Positions 11,173 through 23,884 of a stretch of 64,000 bases of DNA are shown piece by piece. The position numbers and the translations under genes are program-made. Every line of letters begins with the position of its first letter. Positions within the stretch are counted from its first letter, which is position 1. The notes under the pieces are model-generated. The model had not been told where the DNA came from and did no database searches. It saw only the letters and a program-made list of their open reading frames with translations. Source of the DNA: Camelus ferus (lineage: Eukaryota); assembly GCF_009834535.1 (NCBI RefSeq), contig NC_045720.1, positions 1,426,001 to 1,490,000 of the forward strand. Reading direction: 5' to 3'.

Positions 11173-12269
11173 GCTTCAGAGCTGCTCCGAGCTCATTCTT
11201 GGCGCTGGCGAGCCCGCAGGGCGTTTTCTCGTCCTCGAGCTTGGGAACCTCCTGGGCCTTGGAGGTGGGCGGGGGCCCTTTATGGGTTGGGGGTCCTTGC
11301 CGCGCGCGCTCAGGCAGGGGAGCAGCCCTTCCCTCACTCTCTAAGAAGCCGCGTCTGTGCCGAACGCCCTTGGCCTGCATGGCCGAGACGCGCTTTCGGC
11401 AAATCTCAAGTTGCAGGTTGACGTGGCATTCCCTGGGGAGCCCTCCTGAGCCTCAGCGACCCCCAGCATAGATGGTCAGCTCTGTGTGATCCTCCCTCCG
11501 CTGTCCTACACCCCTTGCCCGGGCGCACCAGGCTCCCAGGGCTCTGAGTCTCCTCCCAGGGCCAAAAGTCCCCACGGCTCCAGAATTTTGCTCCCCTGCA
11601 CCTCTGCCCAGGGCCTTTCCTCAGGAAGCCCCCTACCTGCCCTGAAGGGAGGAAGGCCCTTCCTGTTTCCCGCAGCCACGTCTCTGGACCCCTGCAGCCG
11701 GGGTGGCCAGCCACCGCTGGTCTCCTGTGCCTGTGACAGGGCTGTCCTGGCCATTCCATGGGGGAGCGGGCTCCGGAGACATGCAGGGAAGCAGAGGAAC
11801 CACTGTCCTGGCGGAGCCTGCCCTCTTGTGGGGCTTCTGTCCGCTGTTTGCACCTTGGACCGTTTGGAGGACAAGACGGGCTGAGAGTGCCCTGCCTGGA
11901 GACAGAATGTGGGGGTTCCCTCAGGGCCGCTCTGAGCCTCCAGCACAGTCTGCCTGCACAGCCACCGGGGGGCCCAGGAAGAAGCTGTCTGGGGATGCAC
12001 GGGGCGGCCATCCGGCGGCAGAGTTGGGGCTCAGGCTGGGGCCACCCCACCCAGCCTTAGAAACTTGGGATTTCTTTTCTTAAGAAAAGTGGTAATTTCC
12101 TTTCTTCACTCTCCTGTCTGACGAACCTCCCCTCTGGGGCAGGCCCCACCCCTATAAGCCCCAACGGAAAATCACCCAGATATCCCATGATGACACAGGG
12201 CCACCTCCACCAGGAGCGGCTGCACCCAGAAGTTGGGGCAGGGGCAAGGAGGCTGTCTCCAGATACAAG

Positions 12270-12305
12270 TCTCCTCACTACAGATGAGGAAACTGAGGCG
12301 CAAAG
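12270..12305 (-). mobile_element. MIR core fragment
   Basis: cagatgaggaaactgaggc. Confidence 0.6.
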
Positions 12306-14085
12306 CGCTTTCCAGGCCCCCAGCGCCCAGAGCCTGCGTTCTCTTCACAACCCCCTGCCAAGCTACCCCACAGTCATAAATCGAGAGACACTCAGAGAGC
12401 CCCTACTTATACCAGGATCATAGGTGCTGAGACACCACAGAGACAGAGCAGACATGGGGACCACAGCTGGCCAACCGACAAGACAGCAGAGGCCCGCGGT
12501 GTCTGCCAGGGTCTGGGGAGCAAGCTGGGTGCTGGAGGGCTCACCTGCCTCCCTGAGGGCGAGACTGTGGCTGTGATCTGGCCGTGGGAGGGCAGCAGGA
12601 TAGCAGGTGCAAAGGCCCCAAGTCAGGGAGGGGCTAGAGGGACTTCCTGGAGACCGTGGATGGGCAGCGGAGGCGCCAGCAGAAGCAGGGGGGCAGGGAG
12701 GCTGGCTCTGCCCCTGAGCCCCCTGCTCCTGCTGCCGGTGTAGGGTGGAGCATCTTTGGGTAGCGTAGGGGTGAGGCCGCCTATCGAGGGCTCAGGCTGC
12801 GACCTGTTATTCCTGAAACACCCGAGGGAAGGCCGGGCTGGGAGGGCAGGGAGGCAGAGGCTTGAGCTCAGGGAGTTGGGCTGAGATGCAAAATGCATGG
12901 AGTTTATGGCAGCTCCAAGGCTAGAAGCTTAGACGTCAGGAAGCCAGTCAGAAAGGGACCCTTAGCCCCAACCCTTGCACCTACCCTGGGGCTCCAGTCA
13001 GAGCCACCTCATCTGTTCTGGGCACAGCCTGGGGGGTCTGGGCCTCCCTCCAGCCAGCACCTCGGCTTCCCAGGGGGCCACCCATGCTCCCTTCTTACAT
13101 AACATGCCCAGGTTGGGATGACACAAACCTCTCGATCGCCTAAGCCCTTGTGATTGTAGTAATGAGCTCCTGGCAGATTGGGCCCCAACTCCCTGCCCTG
13201 GGGGCCTGTCCCCACACCCAGAGCGGGCTGCCACAACATGCAAACCCACGGACCAGGACTGGTGCCAGAGTCGGGTCCCCGGGGCCACCAGGCTAGGCAG
13301 AGAGCGGCTGAACTGAGCTGCTCCAGACTCCAAGCTCGGCAGCCACCCGAGGCCCGGAGGAGCAGACACCTGGTCTCTCAGCTCCCCGGCCACGTGAGGA
13401 CAGCACCACGTGGCTGCTGGAGACGCAGCCAGGCCGGGTCTCGTCGTCCTGTATCCAGACGAGCATCAGGAACCTTGTCTGTAAGACTGCAGGGTTTGGA
13501 TAGAGGTTGTCCACGTCTGAAATCGGGGTCTCACTGGAAGACAGACGCCCTTTCCCACACATACTTGGGGGAACCATAGTCCAAATCCAAGAGTTTCACC
13601 CGGTGTTTCCGCAAAACCTTTCTCAGAACTTCCAGGCTGCCCTGGCAGTGTGTTAGTGGGGCGTAAGGAGCGGCAGCACCAAGGGGCAGGGGGCAAAGTG
13701 ACTGGGGCGGGGGGTTGTCAAGGAGAGGAATTCACACTGCTCCGTGTGAAAGGTAGTGGTGCCAAAGACAGACAGACAAACCGACAGAGCCCACGATACC
13801 CTCAGGTGTTTATTTCCCTCTTAAGGGTTAGGATCAACGATGTCCCCCAAACTCCCTTCACATATAATCTTAAGTAAAAGAGAGTGTCTGCATGTCAAGT
13901 GTCGCAAATCCCAGAGCTGCCTGCCTGCAGACCTCAGGCTCTAGAGTCCCGCAGGTTTCACGCCATGGTCTTTGAGAATTACTGTTTCCTCTTGTCAGGG
14001 GCAGGTGTGAGAGAAGGGATAAATGAGAAAGGGAAGAGGAGAGAGGAGGGAGAGAAACATGGCTGTGACTGTCTCCCAAAGGACA

Positions 14086-14227
14086 NNNNNNNNNNNNNNN
14101 NNNNNNNNNNNNNNNNNNNNNNNNNNNNNNNNNNNNNNNNNNNNNNNNNNNNNNNNNNNNNNNNNNNNNNNNNNNNNNNNNNNNNNNNNNNNNNNNNNNN
14201 NNNNNNNNNNNNNNNNNNNNNNNNNNN
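14086..14227. other. Assembly gap abutting a (GGAT)n tract
   Basis: 142 N. Confidence 0.99.
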
Positions 14228-15940
14228 GGATGGATGGGTGGAAGGTGGGTGGATAGAGGTGTGGACAGGTGTTGGGAGCAAGTGAGGGCAGAGAAGCGAG
14301 GGAGGAAAGTGAAAAGAGCCTGTGCTCACCGCCCCAGAGCCTACGCCTGTGCTGCCACGGAAGGGCACAGCTTGTACCCTGAGGGCTTCATCACCGGCTC
14401 CCCAGGCCGCTGTCTCTTGGGGACACTGGCCAGAGAAGCTGGCAGTCGGCGCCCATGCAGGGCCCTGTGGAGTGGTGCCCAGTGCTGGTCCTAGGTGCCG
14501 GTGTAGCCGGGGCCCTGTAGGGCCTCTCGCAGGGCAGTTTGTCTCTCTTGGCCCTCGGAAACCTAGGGCTCCAGTCTGGCCATTCCCAGAAACAGGCTGC
14601 GCCCCGAGGCAGGGAAGGGCTGCCTATGTGGCTCCTCCTTGGATTTGCCATTTAGCAGAGCAGGAGAGAGGAGACCCGCAGGTAGGAGAGGCCAGCGTAG
14701 CGGTGCAGAGCCAGCCTTGAACTCCAGCCTCTAGCCCAGGCCAGGGACACCAACTGTGTCCAGAAGCCCCACCGGCGGCCAAGGTCCCAGGGGCTGATCT
14801 AGGATAGGTGGGGGCCACATCAGGCCCTGGGATGCAGGTGAGAGACCCATGTCGAGGCCTGGGGCTCTGGGTGTGAAGGTGGCTCTCACGCGTCAGGAGG
14901 GAGCAGAGGGGAGGCCTGGGTGTGTGGGAAGCGCCCCAGGCGGGGGGCCAGGCCCAGCTCTGGCTCCCACTAGCTGGCTGGGTGTCCCTGGGGAGGCCCT
15001 GCCCTCTCTGTGTCAGGGAGGGAGGCCCCACACCTGTGTGTGACTAAAAGGGACAGAACAGGCCCGAGGGAGACACTGCATCCCTCGGCTGCCTGACTCA
15101 CAGGGCAGTCACCTCACCCCAGGTGGGGAAGAAGGGAGACACGGGAAAGGAGTAGGGCCCTCAGGGCCAGGCAGGGCCTCTGACCCAGGCCTGGCTGCTG
15201 TGGCCGGAGGCCCTGCCCTGCTCCACCCTGGGAGCGCTCCCCCAGGCCCCTCGGCCCACGCAGGGTTCACATCGTGTCATGTGTCCATCCCCATCTCCCT
15301 AGTCAGGGGCCCTGAGGGTGGGCTGGACCGCGTCTCTCAGTCTCCATCACACCCTCTGTGCCTGACACATGTGGGTCCTTCTCAGACGCTGCTGGTGGAA
15401 CGAGGGAGCGGTGAGCGGGCGCCGGAGGCGGGGGGCACACTCCGGCGCTCGGGCTGCAGCCTGGGCCAGCGCTGCCCCTATGGTGACCTGAGGCCGCAGA
15501 GGCCGGGCCCGGCCCAAGGCTGGGGTGCCTGACCCGGGCCTGACTTGCCCGCCCTGGTGCCCACCCTCAGTCCAGGGCAGGGCCTTCCCAGGGCTGCACT
15601 TTCTGAAGGCCTGGGGTGGCCGCTGTGCTGGCACTTCCCTCTCTGGGCCATGCTCCCGCTTCGCGTAACCCTGGTGGTCCTGACAGCTGGGAGGTCTGGG
15701 CCTCACTTCTGCCTCCACACACCCTGGGCTTAGAGAAGGGGGAGAGGGCTGGAGGAGGGGAGGGGGCCTGGGCAGGAGAACCTGGGCTGCAGGCAAGGGC
15801 CTGGGCTTGTCCCGCGCCTGGCTCCCTGGCCAGCCGAGTTCAGGAGGCAGGCAGGGTTTGGGGGGCAGGGGTGGTGGTATTCTCAGCCCCGCACCCCTTC
15901 AAGTCCTCTCCTGGGCATCACGCCTGCTGGTACAGTCAGG

Positions 15941-15980
15941 CCTAGGGACCTCGGGCTGGGACCTAGGGACCTCGAGCTGG
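15941..15980. repeat. 21-bp tandem duplication
   Basis: cctagggacctcgggctggga / cctagggacctcgagctgg. Confidence 0.8.
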
Positions 15981-18529
15981 CTGGGAGGGCTCAGTTTCCA
16001 GAAAGCAGGAGCTCTCCTCAGCCTGCGAAGGAGGAGGGAAGGAGGGGCCGGCAGTGATAGAAAGTCCCAGGTTCTGCCCACTCCCGGGGTGACCACTCCC
16101 GGCCCCCACTGGCCCCCACTTTCTCACTAATAACAGGTGTTGGAAGGGGACCAACTTCAGGGCTCCTCTCTCCATAAAGGCTCCTCTCTCCCCTGAATCC
16201 TGCCTCTAAGACCGTGGCCAGGTCACTGCCTGCAGGAAGCCTTCTCAGACTGCACTCTCCTGATAACCTGCAGTTCTCTGAAAGCTCCTGCCACTGGCAC
16301 CACCCACTTTCTTCCACAAGTAAATTGTGTTTGGGGTTGATGCCTCTGCTAGGAAGCCCCCAGGAGAGGCAGCTCACGTCCTGGTGGGCAGCCCTGCCAG
16401 GGGCAAAGGCCTCCTTCCCACGAAACAGAACCCAGCTGCCACCTCTGCTCTGGTGTCTAGCCCTGCTTCCAGGGCACACAGCCACCATAAAGCCTGAAGT
16501 GCCCCATGGAGGTGGACCAGGGGTACAGGGGCCTCGTCCAGCCCCATGAGTGGGGAGCCCACTGCCCCGGGGCCTCACACCAGACCACTGCTCCCAGTTG
16601 GCCTGACACCTGTGGGTCCTGTGGCTCCACTGGGCCGAAAACAAATCCAGTCCCCCAAACCTGTTTTTCCAGCAGCTTCAGCTTCCATGCTCCTTAGCCC
16701 AAGTGAGTCACCCCTCCCCACCTGGCATCCCCTGCCCTCTTCCAGTCACCACTCTGTCACGGAGCCCTGCGTGCTGCTTCTCAAGGCCTCGCGGGCACCT
16801 CCCCGTCACCTGCCAAGGAGACTTGTGCCAGAAGAATGTGGGGAGGCCTCGGAGCTCAGGGTGACTCTCTCCGTGGATGAGGGCCCGGGGACCCCCACAT
16901 TACCTGCCTTATCAATCTAGACCCCAGCTGCCCTAAACGAACCCCAGGGAGCCTGGGACTAGCCAGCCAGGTAGGTGGCCTCGCCGGGCTTGGAAGGCTG
17001 CTGTGGGGCTCCTCAGGGACTCCCGCCTGTCCCCCTCACTCTGCCCCCCAGGGTCCCAGAAGGCACCTCAGCTCCACCTTCCACCTTTGGGCAGGTCCCA
17101 CTGGTCCAGTAAGCATCAAGGAGGGCAGCACCTCCTGGGACCCCCAGTGCCACGAGGTGGCCCTGACCTGACTCCATGCGGTGGGGAGAGGTGAGGCCCA
17201 CCTCTGGAGCTGCTTCCCCAGGAGCCTGCCAGGAGGAAAGGCCTGGGGGTCTGGAGCCCAGACCTGATCTGTGGAGCCAGTTCTCCAAAGAGCCATAGTC
17301 TGAGCCAACCCCAAATCTCCAGCCCAGGGCCACCCTCCCTGCGGCAGATCCTGCCTCATCAAACCTTCTGGGATGTGTCCATCGGCAGGGATGGCCACTG
17401 GCGCAGGCCCAGGGCTGGTCTCCTTCTGTACTCCGGCCCCACTCACCATCAGCACGGCCTACCAGGGAAGGGACAGGGACCCAGGGCAGGGACAGGTCAG
17501 GGCCTCCGTGCATTCCACCCCACCACCCACAGGCTCTGCCCAGCACAAGAGAAAAGCAGTGGGAGTCCCAGGGCCAACACGGAGACCTGCAGGGAGAGGG
17601 GCAGGGTGGTGCGGAGGGATGCTGTTCTAAGAGGCCCAAGTCCCTCCTGTGAGCACTGCAGGGGGGAAAGGTGGGGGGTCTTCCCAGCACCCCCAGACGG
17701 ACTCCACACCAGGCGGGACTCTGCGCTCCTGGCCTGGCCTGGAAGAGCACATAGCCTTTGTTGACCAAAACAGACACAGAGAGCAATGGTCACAAGGCAG
17801 AATGCAGGCAGGGTGCTGGGGGTGGCTGAGCTGGAGCACCGAGGATGGAGCACTTGATGGGGAGGGTCCTGGGGCCCAGAAAGCTGGGACGCATGGCTGG
17901 TGATATGATAAGGGCTTGAGGTTTTGCCTCCACACCCCGCCCCTCCCCCCAGCAACCCAGCCCCTGCCCCTCCTCCGAGAGGTCTTGCTGGACTTCCCCT
18001 CCTGCAGCCGGCCCGGTCCGCACTCACCTCTCTGCAGCCACATCCAGCACCCAAGCGCTGCCCTGAGGGCCTCCTTTCTCCCTGCCCCCCAGGTCCAGAC
18101 ATCTCAGTGGGCATTTTGCCTCCCTGGGATCCTTTTCCCAGGGCCCCTGGGGGTCAAACTAGCAACCCTGAGCCTGAAGCCCAGAAATGCAGGGCCAGCG
18201 CCTCCTCAGGCCCCCGGGCCCCGGGGCACAGCACTGGGCACCCCCAGGGCACCAGCACAAGCTTGGCACTCTGTGACCCTATCTGAGGGTGGGAGTGTTA
18301 GGTCAGAGGCAAAGTGACCAGTGCCAGGCAGAGGACAGAGAGAGGAGGACACCAAAGCAAGCCGCAGAGCCAGCTGAGGCCTCTGTCCACAGCCCAGAGA
18401 GGGGGAGGCCGCTGGGGACAGAAGTCTCTCCAGCTGGCAGGGTGGGAGTGTGCTGGGCTGGGAGGGTGTGGGCCAGCCAGGTTGGGGCAGGTCCCTGCCC
18501 CTGCCCCTCCCCCCAGCACCTATCCCAGC

Positions 18530-18535
18530 TATAAG
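18530..18535 (+). promoter_or_regulatory. LY6D TATA-like box
   Basis: TATAAG about 50 bp upstream of the ATG. Confidence 0.6.
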
Positions 18536-18581
18536 GCCTCCCGAGAGGAGGGGCCCCCACTGCTCCCAGGGACGTCCCAAG

Positions 18582-19938
18582 ATGAAGACAGCGCTGCTGT
18601 TTCTTGTTGCCTTGGCTGTGGCTGCTGGTCCAGGTGAGGGGCTGGGCGGGGGCTGGGTGGGCCAGACCCTGGAAGCCTGGAGTGTTCACCTCTAGGCTGG
18701 GAGAACCCTGGCATTGTGAGGGCTGGAAAAAAGTGAACCCTGCATCTTGACTTAGAGGGGTCACAGACTTACAATATTTCAGGATCAGTGAATCTTAGAA
18801 TCAACCCAGAGAATCTGATGTCTGAGTTGTCTTGAGATGCCTCTCCCAGGGGAAAGACAGATACCTGGGACCCAGTCCCTGACCCTTCCAGGCCCCAGGG
18901 CCCTCCCAGGCCAGCCCTTCCTCCCGCAGGCTCAGCGTGGCCAAGCTGACAGCTCCCAGGGCCCCAGCTCAGCCTCAGCTCCTCACCATGGGTGGCCTGT
19001 CCAGAGACTGCCCTTGGGGTGGGGACAGCAGCCAGGTCCTGCAAGCAGAAGTGCCCGAGATCTCTGACCGCCCTGGAGAAGGGCCTCCAGCACAGCCCAT
19101 GGCAGCCGCCTCCTCACTGTTCCTCCAGAAACGCCCGGCACCGGACACCTCCTCTAGGTGGGGCCCCAGCTCCAGCAGACAGGGGCTGTCACCTCCCGCT
19201 GCCTGAGGCTGTGTGCAAGACATGAGCTCTGGAAGAGCCCAGGGGCCTCAGAGGGGACTGGCCTAGGGCAAGGGTGGCAGAGGGCTCTGTCCAGGAGGGG
19301 CCTTTTCAGGCAGTGGACCCAGGTCTCCCTGTCTCCCTGGGAGGCCTCCCTGGGGCCCGTTGAAACCCTGACACCCTCACCCTCAGCCCAGGCTCTCCGC
19401 TGCCACGTGTGCTCCAGCTCCTCCAACTGTAAGAAACCTCAGACCTGCCCAGCCAGCGCGAACTTCTGCAGGACCATGACCAACGGTGAGTGACTGGGGG
19501 GAAGGGAGACGGGCCCCTGCAGGACACCCTAGACCTCTGTCCAGGTGTCCCAGGGGGCCATCCCTGGGGAGATCGGTGAGAGATCTCGGCGATGGTTCAG
19601 TCAAGGTGGCGAAGGAAGTTGGGAGCTGGGACTTGCGGGGCGGGGCTGGGAGGGGCTGGGGTGGAGGCGGTGCCTGTCCTGACCACGCCCACCCGCTCTC
19701 AGTGGAGACCCTGTCTGGGAACCTGGTGGAGAAGGACTGCGTGGAGTCCTGCACGCCCACGAACAGCATGCAGGGCCAGGTCAGCAGCGGCACGGCGGCC
19801 ACCCTGTGCTGCCGAGGCGACCTGTGCAACGATAATCTGCAGAGCGCCGCGCCTGCCCGCGCCCTGCTCACCAGCGCCACCCTCGGCCTGGCGCTGGCCC
19901 TTTTCCTCCTCATCTTCATCTCGGCCCCCAGCCTGTGA
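18582..19938 (+). CDS. LY6D: Lymphocyte antigen 6D (128 aa, GPI-anchored LU protein)
   Basis: Exons 18582-18633, 19387-19485, 19703-19938, all GT-AG, phase 1. MKTALLFLVALAVAAGPAQALRCHVCSSSSNCKKPQTCPASANFCRTMTNVETLSGNLVEKDCVESCTPTNSMQGQVSSGTAATLCCRGDLCNDNLQSAAPARALLTSATLGLALALFLLIFISAPSL; 10 Cys. Confidence 0.97.
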
Positions 19939-20228
19939 TGCCCAGGGCCGATGGCCCCGCACCTTCGTCTCCCTGTCCTTCTCCCTGCCCAGGATGGAGG
20001 CTCATACACCCCAGGCTGGGGGCTCCCTCCGAAGGTTAGGGACGGGAGGTCGCGCGGCCTGAAGATCTGATCGCTTGGAGCCTCCCCTTCCCTGGCAGGG
20101 GAGGACGCACAGCCCTGAGCCCCAGGGATGCGGGACGGGGGTGGGACAAAAGGAATTCTGCTCTTTCCTGACTTCATATTCATTCTGCTTGGTTTCCATT
20201 TATTTTTCTACTCAAACCCCTGCATGGG

Positions 20229-20234
20229 AATAAA
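20229..20234 (+). terminator. LY6D poly(A) signal
   Basis: AATAAA about 290 nt after the stop. Confidence 0.75.
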
Positions 20235-23200
20235 TGACTGAAAATCAGTGTGGTCGTGTCTGCGCTATTCCAGGAGTAGAGGGTGTGCTGCAGGGGCCAT
20301 CCAGATACACAAGCCCACAAGTCCTGGGGCTCATCACCCAGGGCCATTCTTGGCAGTGTGCATGATGCCTGAAGTGCCAGCGTCAACCCTCACCCTTCGG
20401 GAGACAGGACCCTCCCCAGGCACCTCCTCTGCAGCCGCAGAAGAGAAAGGCCCTCCCTGGGGGAGGCCTGGGGGAGGCCTGAGTGGGAGCACTGGGCAGA
20501 AGGCTGCAGTGCCCCTGGGAAGCCTCCAGATGTTTGTCAGGGGAGCAGAGATGGCCACTCAATCTTCACCACACAGCACTCTGCCTGCCTGAGACCACCC
20601 GGTGGAACCCCTCCCTGCAGGCGGCCCCGCCCCCCTGCCAGCCTCTCCCCACTACTCTATGAACAAGCCCTACCTGCCACGCCTGCTTAGGGTGGCCCCG
20701 GTCCCATTATGTCCTGATCAGGTGACTTTGAGCAACATGCTCCACTTCAGGAGCCTGGGATTCCGACGCATGACCGTGGCACCCACCCCGGGAAGCCACC
20801 GCGCTCCAAAGTCACCTGAGGCAGAGGTCAGAGGCTGCAAGTCTCTCCTGCTCCGAGCTCCCAGGGGCTGTGATCCCACCGTCGCTCCTGCCTCCGTGGG
20901 AATATTCCGAGCGCCAGCGCGCCCCCCCCCCCCCCCCGTGGCCACAGGAGAGCCGGGCATTGTGAGGAGCTGCCCACCGGGACGCCTCGCCTCTCACTGA
21001 GGGCCCACTCTGTGCCCTCGGCACCCGGACACCCGGGGCAGGGAGTGGAAAGGCAGGGTTGGAAATGCAGGCCATGGAGGTCGGGCAGAGGGGCAGGGGC
21101 GCCCAGACCGCTTCCTACCATTCCACATCCTCCGGAGGTCCCAGAGCAGGCTGGCTGTGTGGCTAGAATTTGAATCCATTGGCGAGGGGGGGAGGGGAAA
21201 CATCAGCCTCAGGGGAGGGGAGGGTACTCTGTGTTGGTCCAGCTCAAGACAGGAAGGAGGCAAGTACCTCCTGGTGCCAGATTCCAGAGAAGAACCCTCC
21301 CAGGGTAGGGTAAGAGGAGGCTGCCACCACCTGCGGTCAGGGAAGGCTCTGCAGCGTGGCCATCCCTAACGGGACAACGGAGGCCACGTGGGCCCCAGGA
21401 GAAGCCGGGAGGTGGGAGGCACCTGCAAATTCCTGGGAGGGCCAGCCATCCCCTGTGGCCAGAGCAGTGTCCTTGAGCTGGCAGGACCCCAGACTGAAGG
21501 TCACAGGTTGCAGAGGGACCTTCCAGGGTCCCAAGAACTGTCCAGGCTTCCAACCCATCACTGCCCTCCAGCCTCCATCCTCCCGAGGTCCCCATCCCAG
21601 TCTTCCAGCCTCCTGGCTGCCTCTCTGTGACCCCACTGGGCAGCCCATGCACCCCTTCAACTGTCCTAGACCCAACATGACCCCCCACCCTGACACTCAC
21701 CCTGACCCTAACTCTCGCTCCAAGGTGACAGGCCAGAGGCAGGGTCTGCAAAGATGAAGGATGGGCTGCCCTGACCCTGTGACTGGACAGAGAGGCTGGG
21801 GGAAGGTGCTGACCTCATCATGGATCCAATGTTGAGTCTCCTGGCCCAGCTGGGACACCAAGAGGCAACTGTCTCTCTTTAATGGAAATGTTAAAAGCAG
21901 TCAAGCACAAAGGTAGTTTTTCAGGGGATTTTGCAAAAGCAACTGAAGGTGCCTTCTGAGAAGGGCTGCCCAGCCCCTCCCTGCAACCTGCTGAAAATAG
22001 TTACTGTTGCCACAGCCGGGTTTGGCCTGTACTTCTCACCAGACAGGAAGGAGCAGTAGCTCGTGGGGTCAGAGGGACCCTTGGGCAGAGATGATTCGGG
22101 GCCTCCCTTGGGCCAACTGGGCCCCCAAGTTCCACAGAGGAGGTGGAGGGGCAGCACCTGCTTGCAGCTGACTCCTCTGGCCAGCCACCTTTACTCTCTC
22201 TGGCTCTTCGTGGACAAGCAAGACTGGGGAGGGGTTGCCATGGTCCCTCCTCCTGGGGAGGTCACCAACTCCCTAGCCACACTGCTGTTAGGGCGGCTGC
22301 AGCCAGGAGGGACCAAGATGGCCACGTATCTCCCTTCCATGTAGCTCCTGCCTGCTGAATTGAGGGAGTCCTAGAGAGGAGAGGGGCGCAGCGGAATCCT
22401 GGACCCTGCATGGTGCTGGGGGTGAGGGGCTCCCAGTCCAGTTGGCCACCTTCTGCCCTCTCCCAGAAACAATGCATGCCAGGCCTGGGCCAGGGGACAC
22501 AGTGTGGAGGGAAACAAGGATGGGAGCCTCTCAGGGGAGACCACACCTGTCTTGGACAGTCACTTGGGCTCAACTGGGGTGAGGAGGAGCCCTGGCCTGG
22601 TACTTGGCTGAGGGATGGTGGAGACCAGGGGCCCAGCCAGGAGCAGGAGGGGTAGGGGCCCCATGTGGTCTGAGGACCTGGTGAAGGGCAGAGCTGCTTC
22701 CCAGGGCCGCTGGATGGTGACCCCTCCCCCCCACTGCTCCAGCCTGTGTCTGCGTCTCCAGTACCTACATTAGTGGCCTCACACGGTGCCATGATCAGAC
22801 ACACCCATGTCCTCAGGTCTTTGCCCAAGTGTGGCCCATGCATGGAGGCCTACCCTGATCCCCCACCCCCACTCCCCACAACCCTACTCTAACTTTTATT
22901 TAAAGTGTACAACATGGTGGGTTTTAACACGTTATATGCCCATGAAACAGTCATCAGAGCGAGACAGTGAGCACGCCTATGACCCCCAGGCCGCCTGCAG
23001 CCCCTCCGAGCGTCCCTCTGCCCTCCCACATCGCCACTGCTCAGTGCACAGTGCTACTCACGACAGCTCAGACCTGGGACGCACCAACTACAGATGAGTT
23101 GACACTTTCTGGAATTTGACATAAATGGATTCTCAGAACATGTGAGCATTTTGTCTGTTTGTGTGTTTTGCCATCTTCTTTCACCCAGAGTGCTCTCCAG

Positions 23201-23563
23201 ATGCATCCGCACTGCGGCGCGTCTCAGTCGTTCACCCTGTCCTGTTGCTGGTAGTGTTCGGTGTACACACACAGCAGGGCTGGCTCCTTCACGCACGGTT
23301 GGTGGACATTCGGGGTGTTTCCAGGTTCGAGCTCTCACAAATCATGTTGCTGAGAACATTCGTGCTCAAGTCTTCGTGTGGACAGATGGTTTCATTTCCC
23401 TTGTGTAAAACCTAGGAGTGGAGCGAATGGGTCAGACGGTTCATGTGCACCTCAGTTCTGAAGGGCTGTCAGCTGTTCTCCAAAGTGGCTGTTCCTTTTG
23501 CACCCCTGCCAGCAGTATCAGAGCATTCCAGTTGCTCGACATCCTCGTCAACACTTGCTGTTG

Positions 23564-23884
23564 TCAGCCCTTAATTTTATTTTATTTTATTATTTTCATT
23601 TTTTTTAAAGAATCAACAGAATGCAGTAATCCAAGCCCAATAAAGTGATCCAATAAAGGACAGTCACATGTGCTTACACATATTCAAGAAATCAGTCATC
23701 TGAGTTATAAATAATTAGTTCATTTGTGTCCTTTCTTTTAAGATTCCACATAAAAGCAATCTCATAAGGCATTTTTCTTTCTCTTTCTGGCTTTATTTCA
23801 CTTAGAATGGCCATCTCCAGGTCCATCCATGTTGCTGCAAATGGCATTATTTTATTCTTTTTAATGTCTCAGCCCTTAATTTTA
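23564..23884 (-). mobile_element. Short 5'-truncated retroposed L1-derived insertion with 16-bp TSD
   Basis: TSD tcagcccttaatttta at 23564-23579 and 23869-23884; T-rich tail 23580-23606; L1 3'-region sequence at about 23705-23868. Confidence 0.9.

Noticed and set aside
15650-15700. MLPLRVTLVVLTAGR signal-peptide-like ORF
   Set aside because: The nearby GT is phase 2 and weak, there is no TATA and there are no downstream LU exons
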